Positions 36,101 through 49,681 of a stretch of 64,000 bases of DNA are shown one piece after another. The notes beneath the pieces were generated by a model. The model worked only from the letters and a program-made list of their open reading frames with translations. It ran no database searches and was not told the origin of the DNA. Position numbers and translations under genes: made by a program. Numbering within the stretch: position 1 is the first letter of the stretch; the number at the start of each line of letters is the position of its first letter. Source of the stretch: Euprymna scolopes. Its lineage: Eukaryota. The DNA is taken from the NCBI GenBank assembly GCA_053919585.1, contig CM132797.1. The stretch is one strand, 5' to 3'.

Positions 36101-39100
36101 TCATCGTCTTTTCTTTGACGGTTTGGAATCTAAATTCAAATTGTGGCAGGTGAAATTTCTGGGGTATTTAAGGATACAAAATGTTCACAAAGTTATACAA
36201 TCTCCGACAGAGAATCCTAACGAACCCGAATTTCTCGAAAAGGACGCGACTGTTTTTGCGGGACTGATTCAATGCTTAGACAATACAAGTGTATCTCTGA
36301 TTATAAGAGATGCCTTGGATGATGGACGGAAAGCAGTGAACATATTAAGAGAACATTATTTATCAAAAGGGAAACCGAAACTTATATCACTATATACAGA
36401 ACTAACGTCTCTGAAATGTAACGAAGATGAAACTATTACAGACTACGTTATAAAGGCAGAAACAACTGCCAATGTCTTAAAACTCTCTGGTGAAATAATA
36501 AGCGATAACCTGTTAATATCAATGACGCTCAAGGGACTTACAGCCGATTTTAGACCATTTATAACTGTTATAACGCAAAAAGACAAACCCATAAATTTCA
36601 GTGCATCTAAAGTGGCATGCACAGTTATGAAGAGATGAATCGTATGCTCGTGGACAATATAAATTCTAGCAATATCATGGAGTTCAAAAATGCTTCTCGA
36701 AAACTGACACAATCAAATTGCACATCTCACCGCAGTGTTTTCCCCAAAAGTAATTTTCCCAAGAAAAAGAATAAAATTATCTGCTATAATTGTGGACGAC
36801 CCAAACACAAAAGTTTCCAATGTCAATATAAAAGCTCCCAAATGGACTCCGTAAAAAACGTTGAGAACTTTGAGGAAGAATATACATTTCTATTCATATG
36901 CAACTTTGACAATACAACAAACGGTAAAAATCTCCTTGTAGACTGTGGTGCTACAGCACACGTTATCACCAAGGAATCTGATTTTATTAATTTTGATTTA
37001 AACTTTAATCCAGTCATTTTGTCGAACTTGCCGGCGGTAAATCAGATAAATGATATAGTCTTGAAAAGAGGCAATGCTAAAATATCACTAAAAAATAATA
37101 AAGACAAAATTTGTAACTGTATTCTAAAAAATGCTCTTTTCATACATACATTTAAGAAAGACATATTTTCCATTAAACAAAGCACGATTATAAAGTTTGG
37201 CCAAAACAATTAAAATTGATAAACCCTAATGGAACTGTATTTGACATTAAAGAAAATGGCCTACTATATTATTTAAAAAGTATTGTTCTCTCAAAAACTG
37301 CCTGTCACGACTTAGAAACCTGACATAAAATTCTAGGACACTGCAATAGAGCTGATATTAAAAAATTACCAAATGTAGTCGAAGGCATGAAAATACCTTC
37401 AGACGATCACCCAAATTGAGTGCACAGGGGAAATGGACAAATAAGCAAAACACCAGACAAAAAGACCACGAAAATTCTCACTTGTTAACTGTGACTTGGC
37501 AGTCCCGATAAGCCTGATGGGAGAAACAATTTAAGTTATCTTTTGAACTTTGTTGACGATTATTCAGGTTTAATTATAGTTTATTTTCTATAAAAAAAAT
37601 CTTGCACTATCCTCGCCACTAAGAAATATTTAGCTGATATCGCCTTGTACGGCTCGGTAAAATGTATTCACCCGGACAATGGGACTGAATTTACTAGTAA
37701 AGACTTTGAACTTCTATTAATCATCATATTAAATATGAGAAATCAGCGCCGTATTCCTCATTTCAAAATGGCACTACTGAAAGAGCGTGATGGACCCTTT
37801 TTAAGATGGCAAGATGTCTACTTATCGAATCAAAATTAGCGCATAATTTATGAACGTACGCTTTAGTGGCAGCATCATACATCAGAAATAGATCATTCAA
37901 TAGAAGATTGGGCAAAACCCTGTATGAAACGTTTTACGCTGTAAAACCAAAATTGAACCGAATGCATATATTTAGTCCAAATTGCTTTGCATTTATAGAA
38001 AATACCCGTAAACTGAATATTAAAAGCGAAAAAGGTATTTTCATATTTTACAATAAAAGCAGTCCAGCATATTTAATCTACTTTTCAGACCAAAATGCCG
38101 TTAAAAAAGGTTAGATGTGTAAAATTCAATGATACATTGAATTTAAAAAATGACGAACGAATGGAGGAAAAATGTGAGGAAATATTACCTAGTATTTTAA
38201 TCGATCACACGGAAATAATACTGACGAGAATTGCAGTAAAACTACTGACATAAATATTAACCCTGCATGTCGATACCTGATAAGGGAGTGAAAAAGGCTA
38301 GACTTCTTAAAATTTGAAAAGATACAAGACTACACAGTATTTACTGTTATTCGTTGAAAAGCGCATCAGAAAGTTATAATGAGGTGATTAATTCAGAAAA
38401 TCACCAAGAATCGAAACAAGCTATGAAATCCGAATTGAAAGCTTTATCTGAAAATAATACATATGAAATGGTGGCAAAACCAAAGGATAAGAATATAATT
38501 TCTGCTCACTGGGTTTTCTCAAAAAAAATCATAGTTTCTGGCAGGGAAACTGTTAAAGCAAGATTTGTTGTAAAAGGTTTTTCACTAATTTCTGGAGTGG
38601 AATATTTTGCAACATTTTCACAAACGGCAAATTTAACAACAATTAGAATTTTATTACAATTTGCCGCTCAATACAATTTAAAAATACATCAAATGGATGT
38701 AAAAAATGCTTATTTAAATGCTCCGATTGACTGAAATCTATATTTACCCTCCAGAGAGATTTAAAATGAAAATTGCTTGTCTCAAATTGTGACAACACTT
38801 CAAAAGATGTTAAAAATAAATTAAATAAAAAATTTAGAATGGCCGATCTTGGACAGTTGTCATGGTTCCTTGACCTGTGAAAATGAAACTATAACAATGA
38901 ACGAATCGCGGTACATCGAAATAAATCCTGCTGAAGTTTGGAATGTGAGATTGCAAACCGCGTACAACACCCGTTGAGATTGATATAAATAAGAATATAG
39001 AGATCAAAACTAAATTGATAGCCGATCGATTATACAGAGAAATCATTGGAAGTCTAATCTATTTGATGACCGTGAACTAGGCCTGATATATTACACTGTA

Positions 39101-39697
39101 ACAAAGCTATCTCAAAACTTATCAAAAAAACTGACAATTAAGGACCTTACTTGTGCAAAAAAAAGTCCTTCGTTATCTAAAAGGAACAATCTTTATTACT
39201 TAAAAGTTGACATATCCTCTAAATTTAGAAGGGTTTTCAGATTCGGATTGGGGTAAATTTGAGGATAGAAAAAGTATAATGGGATACTGTTTTAGACTGT
39301 AACAGACTGAACCTATGATCTCCTGGAAAACTAAAAAACAAATTGTCCTTTCTACATGTGAAGCAGAATTTGTGGCCCTTACTCATTCGACACAGGAGGA
39401 AATTTTTCTAAGCACCCTTCTAAAATCTATTTTAAAGTCAGATCTAAGTAAAAAAAAAAAAAACTATAGTAATTCATTATAACAATCAGAGCAGTATCTT
39501 ATTAGCAAATAATTTTATGATTCATCAAAAGCCGAAACATATTGATATCAGATATCATTTCATAAGGGATGAAATAAGTAAAAAAATCTGTTACTCTTAG
39601 TTATGTAACATCTGAGAATAATATAGTCGACATGTTCACTAAACCTATAAAAAGGATAAAATTAAAACATTTTATAGCCAAACTTTTTGGAATCTAA
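36087..39697 (+). pseudogene. Copia gag-pol polyprotein pseudogene
   Basis: ORF fragments 36042-36638, 36617-37213, 37645-37839, 37866-38114 and 38354-38734, plus frameshifted RT/RNase H to ~39697. Confidence 0.9.
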
Positions 39698-39965
39698 TCA
39701 TGAATGCATCTATTTTCAGAAACCCAAAAAGAGAAGCATGAGAAGTCGAAACAACACAAAAGGGAAAACATGAATGAATAAATAATAATAATATTAATAA
39801 TAATAATTGTCCCGGGCACGACGTTAAACTGTGACCGTTTTTATCTTACTAACCAAATTAACCAACTAAGACCTAATAGAATGCTTCCAGTTTTTATTTA
39901 AAAAAAAAAAAAAATGTGTGTGTATATATTATAGTATTATATCTGTATGTATTTGTTTGTATATA

Positions 39966-40184
39966 CAGGGTGACCCAAAAAAAAAAAAAAGTTAAATGGA
40001 GGCCATCTAGATCATATGCTGTAGAATGGAGAAAAAAAGCCAAAGACCCTAGTGTTTTGATGTGATGTTTTGAATATAATAAACTAGTTATGACCAAAGT
40101 TTCATTTCATTCGGACAAAACATTAAGAAACGGGGGCGTAATTAGAGCTGGGTCCGTTTTTTTTTTGGGGGGGGGGTCACCCTG
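39966..40184. mobile_element. Tc1/mariner-type MITE nested in the Copia 3' region
   Basis: TA|CAGGGTGACCC ... GGGTCACCCTG|TA. Confidence 0.8.
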
Positions 40185-40577
40185 TATATTTGAAAAGTGT
40201 GTATATGTATTAAAAAAAAACTTAATGTAATTAAAAAATGGCTTCTTTTTGCATGCATTATACCAATATATTGATATATATTTTTTGACCAATGAGAATA
40301 AAGACAAATTCCCAAAATGAAGGAACAAAAAAAAAATGAACAAACAAAAAAAAAACGAAAAAAAAANNNNNNNNNNNNNNNNNNNNNNNNNNNNNNNNNN
40401 NNNNNNNNNNNNNNNNNNNNNNNNNNNNNNNNNNNNNNNNNNNNNNNNNNNNNNNNNNNNNNNNNNNNNNNNNNNNNNNNNNNNNNNNNNNNNNNNNNNN
40501 NNNNNNNNNNNNNNNNNNNNNNNAGTCAAACCAAATTGAATCCGAAAGGACTTTTTCATTATATCAAAAAAGGATTG

Positions 40578-40882
40578 TGTTAAAATGTTTTTGACTCATA
40601 ATGTGGGTATGACTTCAATGATTTCGATGATCGTTTTTATAACCAGTTATAACAATCAACCAATCAGACGCTTCAAAAGTTATTTTAAAAGATGTCGAAT
40701 TTTGGATTCAGTCAGTGCGCTGTTGCCTCTGTCTCGAAGCGACTTAAGATCAGGACTGCATTGATTATTCACCGCCATCTTTGTTACTAGGAATTACTTA
40801 ACACTCAAAGACTATATCGATTCTTTGCCGATTTGATTTACTGCCGGCATCTTTTTTCAACATAATGCATCAACACTTAATA
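40578..40882 (+). repeat. 3' LTR of Copia element
   Basis: Starts TGTTAAAATG after the purine-rich aaaaaagga. Matches the 5' LTR. Confidence 0.85.
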
Positions 40883-41475
40883 TACATATACCTAATATAA
40901 TCTTTCCAATTTTCGATTCACAAATAATAAAGGCTCCCTAGTCAAAGTCCGTCCATTCTGATTGGCTAAGTTCTTAAATTCTCATATTTCGGAATCCAAT
41001 TTTTCGATTTATAAACGAATGCTTACTTCCATTAAAATATGGCGTACTTTAGAGACATATTAATGCACCCACCATTAAGTCCATTAAATCCATAGGTCAT
41101 TACAGTCGTGTAAAGATCGAAAAATACAAGACGTAACAAACGAACGTTAAATATCCAGTTTACTTGCTTTCTTTTACAAAGTTTACAACACACTTTCCAC
41201 TATAAGAATCTCGTCGTCGTCGTCAACACTAACTACAGCCCTTTCAATCGATTTTTATACCATTACACACAAAGTGTACATTGCTGATGCTACAAATCGA
41301 CATATTACGTATCTATTATATATTGAAGAGTTTAGCTCCCAAATATTTGTGTCTTTTATATTAAGATTTTTCCTGACAAAAATAACAAACAAAAAATAAA
41401 AACAATTTACCAAAAAATAAAAATTAAAAAAATTATGGAAGTTTCTTTGTGTTACTTATCTTTTCAATGCGATTT

Positions 41476-41613
41476 TATGACACATATATATTTGACACAC
41501 ATATATATATTTATGAAACACATATTTATGACATATATATATATTTATTTATTTATGACACATACATATACTTATGACACATATATATACATATATATAT
41601 ATTTATGACACAT
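41476..41613. repeat. Degenerate tandem repeat (ttatgacacatata...)
   Basis: About 7 copies of ttatgacacat separated by (AT)n. Confidence 0.7.
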
Positions 41614-42399
41614 AGGGTTTCTGATATCATGATAATGACTTTCGCAGGTCAAATTGTCACCGACAAATAGTTTGTACGTATTAAGGTTATGCTTTCCAAC
41701 AGCCAGCCAAACAACGCACGTTTTTGGCCTTTGGCAAGACTATTTGTCAGCGACAATTTTAAATGTGTTATTCGTTTACAGATCACTCGAAAAACTTTAA
41801 CTGCCGTCAGATTAAGGTGAATGTGAAATGCTGTAAGAAACTCCAAATTTAACTTTTTAACCTTGAACGTTGTAATGCTATATAGGTATTACGGCTATAT
41901 TGAAGATGTTACGTCCGGACTAACTTGAATAGGTGAACTCCCAAATATTTGTTTTTTTTTATGCTGAAAAAAAAAAATTACGGAAGTTTATTGAACGAAT
42001 ATAAAGGTTGATGTGAAAGGCGGTAAGAAACGATCATTCTTTTTTTTTTTTTTTTTTTTTTTTTTCAGTTTGACCCATTACCTTTATTAATGCTATATAG
42101 AGAAGCCAGCCATTGAAGATATTAACTCTGCACTAATTTGAAGAAGTTAGCTCCCAAATATTTGCGTTTATTTTTAAAAAAAATTATGCCGAAATAAAAA
42201 TTACGGAAGTTTATTTCATGGCTTAAAACTATTTTACTTTTTGCGAACAATTTCATTTCCGCAACATATTTGATTAAAATTCTGTAATTGTTTGGGAAAA
42301 ATCGTAATAAAAAGATGCGATTATTTGAAAACTAAACTTTTGATTATTAAAATTATATGAAATGCGTCGCGTTGAAACATTTTAGTTCATTCTTTTGTT

Positions 42400-42751
42400 T
42401 TCATCACACATTACAGGCGGACGGTAACAACTGCTACCTAATAGGCTACACTACCCTACTTTTATTTGACGGGTTAGGTGAAAGCACAAATTAATCACAG
42501 CACATAATCAAATCCCCATGTTAAGAATGGATCCATAGATACTAACGTTGTTACTTTGACACGGTACATTCATTTTGTCCACGGGCGCCAGCGCCCGCTA
42601 TTTTTACTGGTCGGCAGTGGTTCCCACAAACAATCGTAGTTTATTTGTTTTTTGTTTGCTTGTTTTTTTTTTTTTTTTTTTTTTTTTTACAGGTGAAGTG
42701 GGAGGGGGGGCATACTTTCACCAGGCAAAGCCGGTATACGGGTCCTGCTAG
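42400..42751 (+). mobile_element. Helitron-like fragment (3' end)
   Basis: Ends ccaggcaaagccgg...gCTAG|T, like the ends at 27820 and 61952. The 5' boundary is uncertain. Confidence 0.45.
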
Positions 42752-42829
42752 TATTCAATCATCAAATAAGGCTTGACACAACTTTTAATTTTTAATTCGA
42801 AAAATTAATACATAAAATAAATAAATAAA

Positions 42830-43095
42830 AAAATAATGAAAAATATTAAATAATGAAATTAAATAATTAAATAATATAATCAAATAATGAAAAATATTAA
42901 ATAATGAAATTAAATAATTAAATAATATAATCAAATAATGAAAAATATTAAATAATGAAATTAAATAATATAATCAAATGATGAAAAATATTAAATAATG
43001 AAATTAAATAATTAAATAATATAATCAAATAATGAAAAATATTAAATAATGAAATTAAATAATTAAATAATATAATCAAATAATGAAAAATAAAT
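42830..43095. repeat. AT-rich ~50-bp minisatellite flanked by 40-bp direct repeats
   Basis: Unit aaataatgaaaaatattaaataatgaaattaaataattaaataatataatc, about 5 copies. Flank atcaaataaggctt.acacaacttttta..ttttaattcgaa at 42761 and 43103. Confidence 0.85.
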
Positions 43096-43628
43096 ACATA
43101 ATATCAAATAAGGCTTAACACAACTTTTTAAATTTTAATTCGAACTGGAAAATATTTTTTATTCGACATTACAAAATCGCTTTCGAATTTCGAAGAGTCA
43201 CAAAGTAAAGACGTGTCTGCGATTATTTTAATCTCCTAGTAATCTATAAGATTGGCCGACTTGTGTTCTATTTATGTGACCCTTCGAATTTGATTTGGGA
43301 GCTGTCGATAAGAATATAATTTCTGACTTGAATTAAAAGTTTGGTCAAATATTTGCTTCTAAACGAAAATTTCCAGAATATCAGTTTTTGGTCGTCATTT
43401 TAAACTGTACCGATAACAACATTGTTTCATATTCACATTTAGTTTCATGTTTTGACATTCACCTTGCTAAGTTCAGAAACAAACTAGATCCTTGACCCGT
43501 TCGGCCAGTATTTCATATATATATCTCGCGCATTAAAATGAAATTCTCGGGAATTTTTAACAATAGTCAACAAAACGAAAAGGGGATAAAAAATATGTAA
43601 TAAAATATATTTGTGTGTGCGCGCGCTC

Positions 43629-43930
43629 ACGGCATAATCGCGTTGACACACCGGTTCTCGTCAGATCACCGGAGTTAAGGAACGTTGAGCCTGGTTAGTT
43701 AGTACCAGATGGGTGACCATTTGGGAATCCTAGGCGCTGTATGTGCTCTCCGCTTATCTCGGCATTTGTTTCCAGTCGTTTTGTACATACACTCCACTTG
43801 CCATTAGTATTTAACATTGTCGACTCAGGAAAGATATGGTTGGGATTGCGCACCTCCTGCCACAAAAATTTCACGTGCAGGCACCCCTTCTTCGTGAGTA
43901 TCCATAGTCTGTCAAAGACTGAAGGGGCCT
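43629..43930 (+). mobile_element. 5S rRNA-derived SINE, body type A
   Basis: acggcataatcgcgttgacacaccggttctcgtcagatcaccggagttaaggaacgttgagcctggttag..taccagatgggtgaccatttgggaatcctaggcgctgta, then a ~185-bp body shared with 58550-58724. Confidence 0.85.
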
Positions 43931-44178
43931 GTTTTTATATAATAAATGTTACCAAAGGTAGGATAAGTTACTCTTATACCTACCTGGATAAGTTTTCTGT
44001 GTTGAAACTTATTTTAAATCGTTTATTTACTTTGAAACAAAAGTAGTCTCAAGCATGGTGAATTATGACGAAAAAATGTCTGTTTCGTTACAGTCATTTG
44101 AATCTTCGATAATCACTCGAAAATTAAACAATACTGGTAGAGCATTGCAATATTGCACAATTAATGGCATATATATAC

Positions 44179-44214
<36 letters not shown>

Positions 44215-45170
44215 GTTAAATAGTTTGTGTGAATGAAAGCGATGAGAGGATGGTGGTGGTTGTGGTGGTGAAACCTGCAACTATGCGAACAACAAGTGAT
44301 AGTGAGTCATCAAACATGGCGGCTCCCATTCAAACTGCCTATGCTGCAAGAGGGGGGGGTGAGACTCGCTGGTGAAAAAAATGGGGGGGGGGGGCGAGCA
44401 GGTGTGTAAAGGGAAGTCTGTAATTTTACCTGTTCACGTTATTCATCTATACAATTATTTATTAGTCAACTTATATGAAGGAAAAGCAGGAAAAAAAGAG
44501 TATACATGGAGGGTGGGGACTACATGCATTGCCGCCGTAAGAACAGGTATGCAGGTATAACAGCAACACGGCTTTCTTCAAAGTCGGAAGGTTAAAAATA
44601 TACATTTTTATTTGCATCAGTTTTTAAAGATTTAATTAGAAATTTCCCTTGGTGAACATAAAAATGAAGAACGGGGTTAATTTATTTTTATCTCATCGAC
44701 TTTATTACAGCAGTTTAGATTTAGAAGGTTTCTTTGGTTGGAAAACGGAGAACAAAGGTCACAAAGGGGTAAGGGCACAGGTTTAAAAGGGGGGTATAAT
44801 TAATCGGAATATTTAATCGAGAGATATAAACAATTCAATTAGGACCAGATAGAATAAGATATGGCGAGAGGAATGGAATGATGTAAAAATAAAGAGGAGG
44901 AGTCTATGACATCACAATGTATTTTAAATTTGTAAAATCTTTTGACTATAATCCTTCTAAACAAGATCCAGAATAGTTAGCACTCGAGAAGGCGGTTAAA
45001 AGAAAAACTGAAAGCGCCAATTTTTGCGTGGAAACTGTGTTTTGGGACATTTTTCTTTTTATAATAACCTTTTTATATATATATATATATATATATATAC
45101 GCTTGAAAATAAGTTAAAACACAAAATATCCAGATATGTGCGTGTGTGGGTATATATAATCACACACACA

Positions 45171-45500
45171 CCAAAGCAAACATAAGTTATTCTTCTACCT
45201 ATCTGGATATTTTTGTTTCAACTTATTTGAAAGCGTTTATTTATTTTAAAATAAAAATAGTCTGTTAAGTTAGCACAAAAAGGGCAGTTTTGTTGTAGAC
45301 ATTTGAACCATTCAAATTTAAACAAAATACTAGTAGCTAGCTATTATCGCGAGTCCAAATATCTGTAACAGAACTCCCATTGTTTTGCGCTAACTTAACA
45401 GATTTGATTCTATTTTTGTTTCAAAGTAAATAAGCGCTTTAAAATAAGTTAAAACAAAAAATATCTAGATAGGTAGAAGAGTAACTTATATTGGTTTCGG
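45171..45500. mobile_element. Palindromic MITE
   Basis: ataagttattcttctacctatctggatatttt... versus ...aaaatatctagataggtagaagagtaacttat. The arms pair across ~140 bp. Confidence 0.75.
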
Positions 45501-45711
45501 TAACTATATATGTATGTGTGTGTGTATTGAAAAAAAAAAAACAATATAATCTTCTCTCACTGCTGCCAGCTGTTGCTATTTTCCATTTTTATTAAATTTA
45601 ATTTCTTTTTAAATGTTATTTTCTTAGCAATTGTAAGATATTAAATGTCTCCCCCTCTCCCGCTTTTATTTTACTTGATTTTAATTATTTGTAATTAAAA
45701 TCCTATTTTTT

Positions 45712-45753
<42 letters not shown>

Positions 45754-48700
45754 TTTCTCTCTTAATTTAGATTTTTTTTTTTATATATCCGCTACCATTA
45801 AATATTAACATTCTTTTAAAAATTGATCCATTTTTTTTAAGTTGACCTGATTTTTGCGTTTCAAAATATCGAACGGTTCCAAAATAGTTGAATAACGAGA
45901 TGTTTCTGTTCGTTTTTTAAATATACATTTTTATTTATAATTAAGATGATTTCCTATTGTAGATCAATTAAATATGGTGGATTCTTACTGAAAACAATTC
46001 CAATAATAATTCTGCTTTGTCCTTTTTTACTTTATATTCTAAAAATCTCATTTCCTCTGGTTACATTTCTAAATTAACTTCTAAATCAACCATTCATATT
46101 CACAATTGAAATATTTACATTTCAATTTTTTTTTGTCCTTTGTTTTTGTTTTTTGTTTTTTTTTCTTGTTGCATACAGCCATTAAAATCAAGCACTCAAA
46201 GACAAAACTCATTAAGAATAATGGCCTGCCTAGCGTTTACCATTCGTTTTCTTGTCTTATTTTTTTTTAATTTTTATTTATTTTTTTTTTTTTTTGCTTA
46301 ATCAAAAACAGAATTTCCAAAAAAAACTTAATTATCAAACTAAGTCCACCATTATGCATTTCTGTTTATTTGTAAATAGGTCAAGCATTTTAATATTTTG
46401 TTAATTGTTGGAAGGGAAGAGATAACGAATTCTGGTGCTTGCCCAGAAATTCTTACACGAAAAAAAAATCTATATATGATGTACGTGACGAAAAGAAAAT
46501 ATCATCCACCAAAAATCGTGTTAACTAATGAAGTAGTTTTGTTTTTAAATTAAAAAAAAAATCAAATTTTATGGCTAAACTAAGCTTGCGACGCCATCAT
46601 CAAATGGGTCTAAAGAAATGTGGGAGATAACTCCAAATCGAAGTTTTAGAAAGCCATTCTTAACTGGGGTGGGGGCATGGGAAAACTCAAATTCGCTCAA
46701 AAATGATTTTCTTAAAAATAAAACTACTTGATCTATTTACGTGATTTTTAAAATAGTATATTTTTTTCCGTCACGTCATACAGATTTTTATTTATTTTTA
46801 TCGAGGAATTCTGGACAAGTACCTGAGTCCGTGATCCTCCGAAATTTGAAAGGAATTTTTGAAGCATTTAAACGGTCGAATAGAAAGTCATTAAAACAGG
46901 TTTTAAAATTATTAGCAAAAATTTTCATGGATTAAAGGATTTAAATTTCTAAAAGCTTTTGTATCCAATAATTTAATAAGTAGAGATTAAAACATTACCT
47001 TAAAAATAGTTATAGTTTTATAAAAAGAAAAATGGTTGAATTAATAATTTAATAACCAAACGATATAATTGAATTCAGCTTTAAAAATCTTTAAAAAAAT
47101 AATTTGGTCAAAAAGAAAACTGCATAATGGGGAAAGGATGAACAAATGTTTCAGTCACTCTGCAAGTCGAAAATGGAGAAGTCGGTAACTTTTAAAACAT
47201 GACAAAAAAAAATACAGCGTTTATTCAAATTGGCACTTATGGTGATAATTAAGACAAAGTCTGTATGATGCACGTACTCATTACAGAACGAATATGTCAT
47301 ATTCCAAAAATTACGTAATTTCATCAAATTTGTTTATTTATTCAAGAAAATCAAATTTTACGACTTAGCGAGTCGTAGTGTTTTCGTCGGCCATGATGAA
47401 ATCCGATGAACTAAATAAGGGGAGACAACTCAAATCAAAGTGTCGAAGTGAAAACTAGCCTTATATTCAATACAATTTAGTAGTAAAATCGTAAATTTTG
47501 ATTTTGAATAAGCAGCAAAAATACCTATAATCTCACATAAATTCTATTAAATGTTGCATCAAATAGACCCCAAAAATGTCACTAAATTATTTCACCATTT
47601 TATATTTTTATATCATCTACACGAATTTTAGTTTTGATTCGCGTAAATTTGTTAAACAATATATTAACCCTAGCCATCCGGCGTTGTCCAGGAGTGTTTT
47701 TACTTTTTTTTTTTTAAGGATTTTGAATATTAAATTTCATTATGGCATTTATTGGCCATTAAATGATTGTTTGAACCAATATGCTTGGGTAAAATTCGGT
47801 GATCTTTTTTTTTCTCGGTTTCTTTCACGACAATGTTGACACTTTCCAAGCGTCCTTTTCTCAATTGTAGATGCATAATAGTAATTGGATTCCTTATTTA
47901 TATTTAACGATAAAAACATTTTTAATATCTAAACATTTTTTCTCTATTTTTTCCAAGGCCGCAATCTTTATAAATTTCCCTCGTAATACATGAGCATTTG
48001 CTTTTAAAATTTTTTACCCTGTAAATTATGATGTTCTACTTAACAAAAAATTAAAATGGTTTACTTTTTAAATCGAAATGCATCGCAGTGGATTAAAAAT
48101 ATATAAGCTGTTATTTTTTAAAGTTCATTTTAGTACTTTTTTTTAGTGCATTTTTATTTCAATATTTTATTCAATAGTGTGTAGTTCACGTAGATGTGAG
48201 AAACGCAACATCTTTTTATTAATATAGATTAAAAACTAATTTGACTTAGTTTTTGAAATCTTCCTTGTTCATAAATTTTATATATTTTGTTTAGGTTTAT
48301 GGGGGAGGGTATCAAAAGAAAGTTGTTTTTTTTATTTCTTTAGTTGTTTGTTTTATTTTCCAATTTCTTCAAATTAGATAATTTGATTTGCTCATAAAAC
48401 CGTTTATTTTAATTCTATAATTTTTTTTTTTTTTTATCCATTCTGTCCGCCCACACATTTTGGTAAAGTGGGGAAGGGGGAGCTATATCTATTAGTCTCC
48501 TTCATCCAGACCCCGATTTTTTATTATTTTTTATTTTTTTATTTATTTATTTTTTTTTTTTTATCTTCATCATCGATTCCCATTGATAAAAAAATACACT
48601 GACTCAACAGATGATGAAAGCAAAGAAAAAGGGGAACTGCAAACTTTATTGTGGCTGTTATGACTCCAGAGAAGGAGGTGGTCTTTGAAATTGATTTCTA

Positions 48701-49633
48701 CTCCAATTTAGATCCTTCCATCCTCATCCCATCAATCCCCGGCCCTCCCCTTTCTCCCAAGTTTATCAAAGACGACCACCCCCTCTCCTTCGCTCCCACC
48801 CCTCAGCTGTTTGTGTATACGTTTCTGAACAACTGTTGTACCGAGCTAGTGCAAAGATGGGGGGGGGTATATGATGATTATGGTTGCTAAGGTGATTAGT
48901 CATATTCTCTCAATAGCGTCATGGTAACACATACGCACACAAACACGCACGAACACACTCGCATACAGCCGTACACACACACACACACACACACACACGA
49001 AGTAGCAAAAGCAGATGCTGCTGCTGTTTGGCTACCAAGAAAATAATCTAAGCTGTGGCCCTTTTTATTTTTTTCCCCTCCCCCTCCCTCATCTGCAGCT
49101 GCATCACGACTGCTCCTGCCTTGTTCGACTGCCACGGGCACCTATAATGACTAACGGTTACATTCGCTTCAGTGACTCACAACATACTCAGCGGAATGAA
49201 AGGAACTGCAACCAACTAATAGATCAATAATTTATATATATACGCACACACATACAGCATAAAAATATATCTATAGCAAGTAAGCTACATAGAAACGTTC
49301 ATGTTTCATTTCCACGAGAAATCATCGAGCTAAATGTCTTGTACACAAACAGCTGAGGGGGCGAAGGAGGGTATACCGTCTTTGATAAACTCGAGGATGA
49401 CAGGATGAGGATGGAAGAACGTAAATTTTCCCAAAAAAATTATTTTAACACTTACTGCAGTTTCACGGTACACCTGACCTTAAGGCGCACATTTTTGCCC
49501 CATACATCTGTATTTATTTGAGTGCGAGTTTAATCTTGCATTTCAATATACTGACCTAAGAAACCGTACTGGGATTTTGACGATCAGATCTATCATAAAG
49601 CTGGAATATAGTGTTAAGTCCCCTTTTTGGTGG

Positions 49634-49681
<48 letters not shown>

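Larger units (their letters stand above)
35784..40882 (+). mobile_element. Decayed Ty1/Copia LTR retrotransposon (GalEa-like)
   Basis: Two diverged ~300-bp LTRs (35784-36086, 40578-40882) and PBS GGTTATGTGCCCAG. Domains are in Copia order: gag, CCHC knuckle (CYNCGRPKHKSFQC), protease (LLVDCGATAH), integrase (FVDDYSG, DNGTEF), RT (HQMDVKNAYLNA), RNase H (FSDSDWG, STCEAE, KHIDIRYHFIRD). Many frameshifts and stops. Confidence 0.95.

Noticed and set aside
35779-40887. Target-site duplication of the Copia element
   Set aside because: The flanks (taata / tacat) do not match, probably because they have decayed.
43629-43743. Functional 5S rRNA gene
   Set aside because: Diverged, dispersed, lacks a terminator and is fused to a repeated body. 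Treated as a SINE head.
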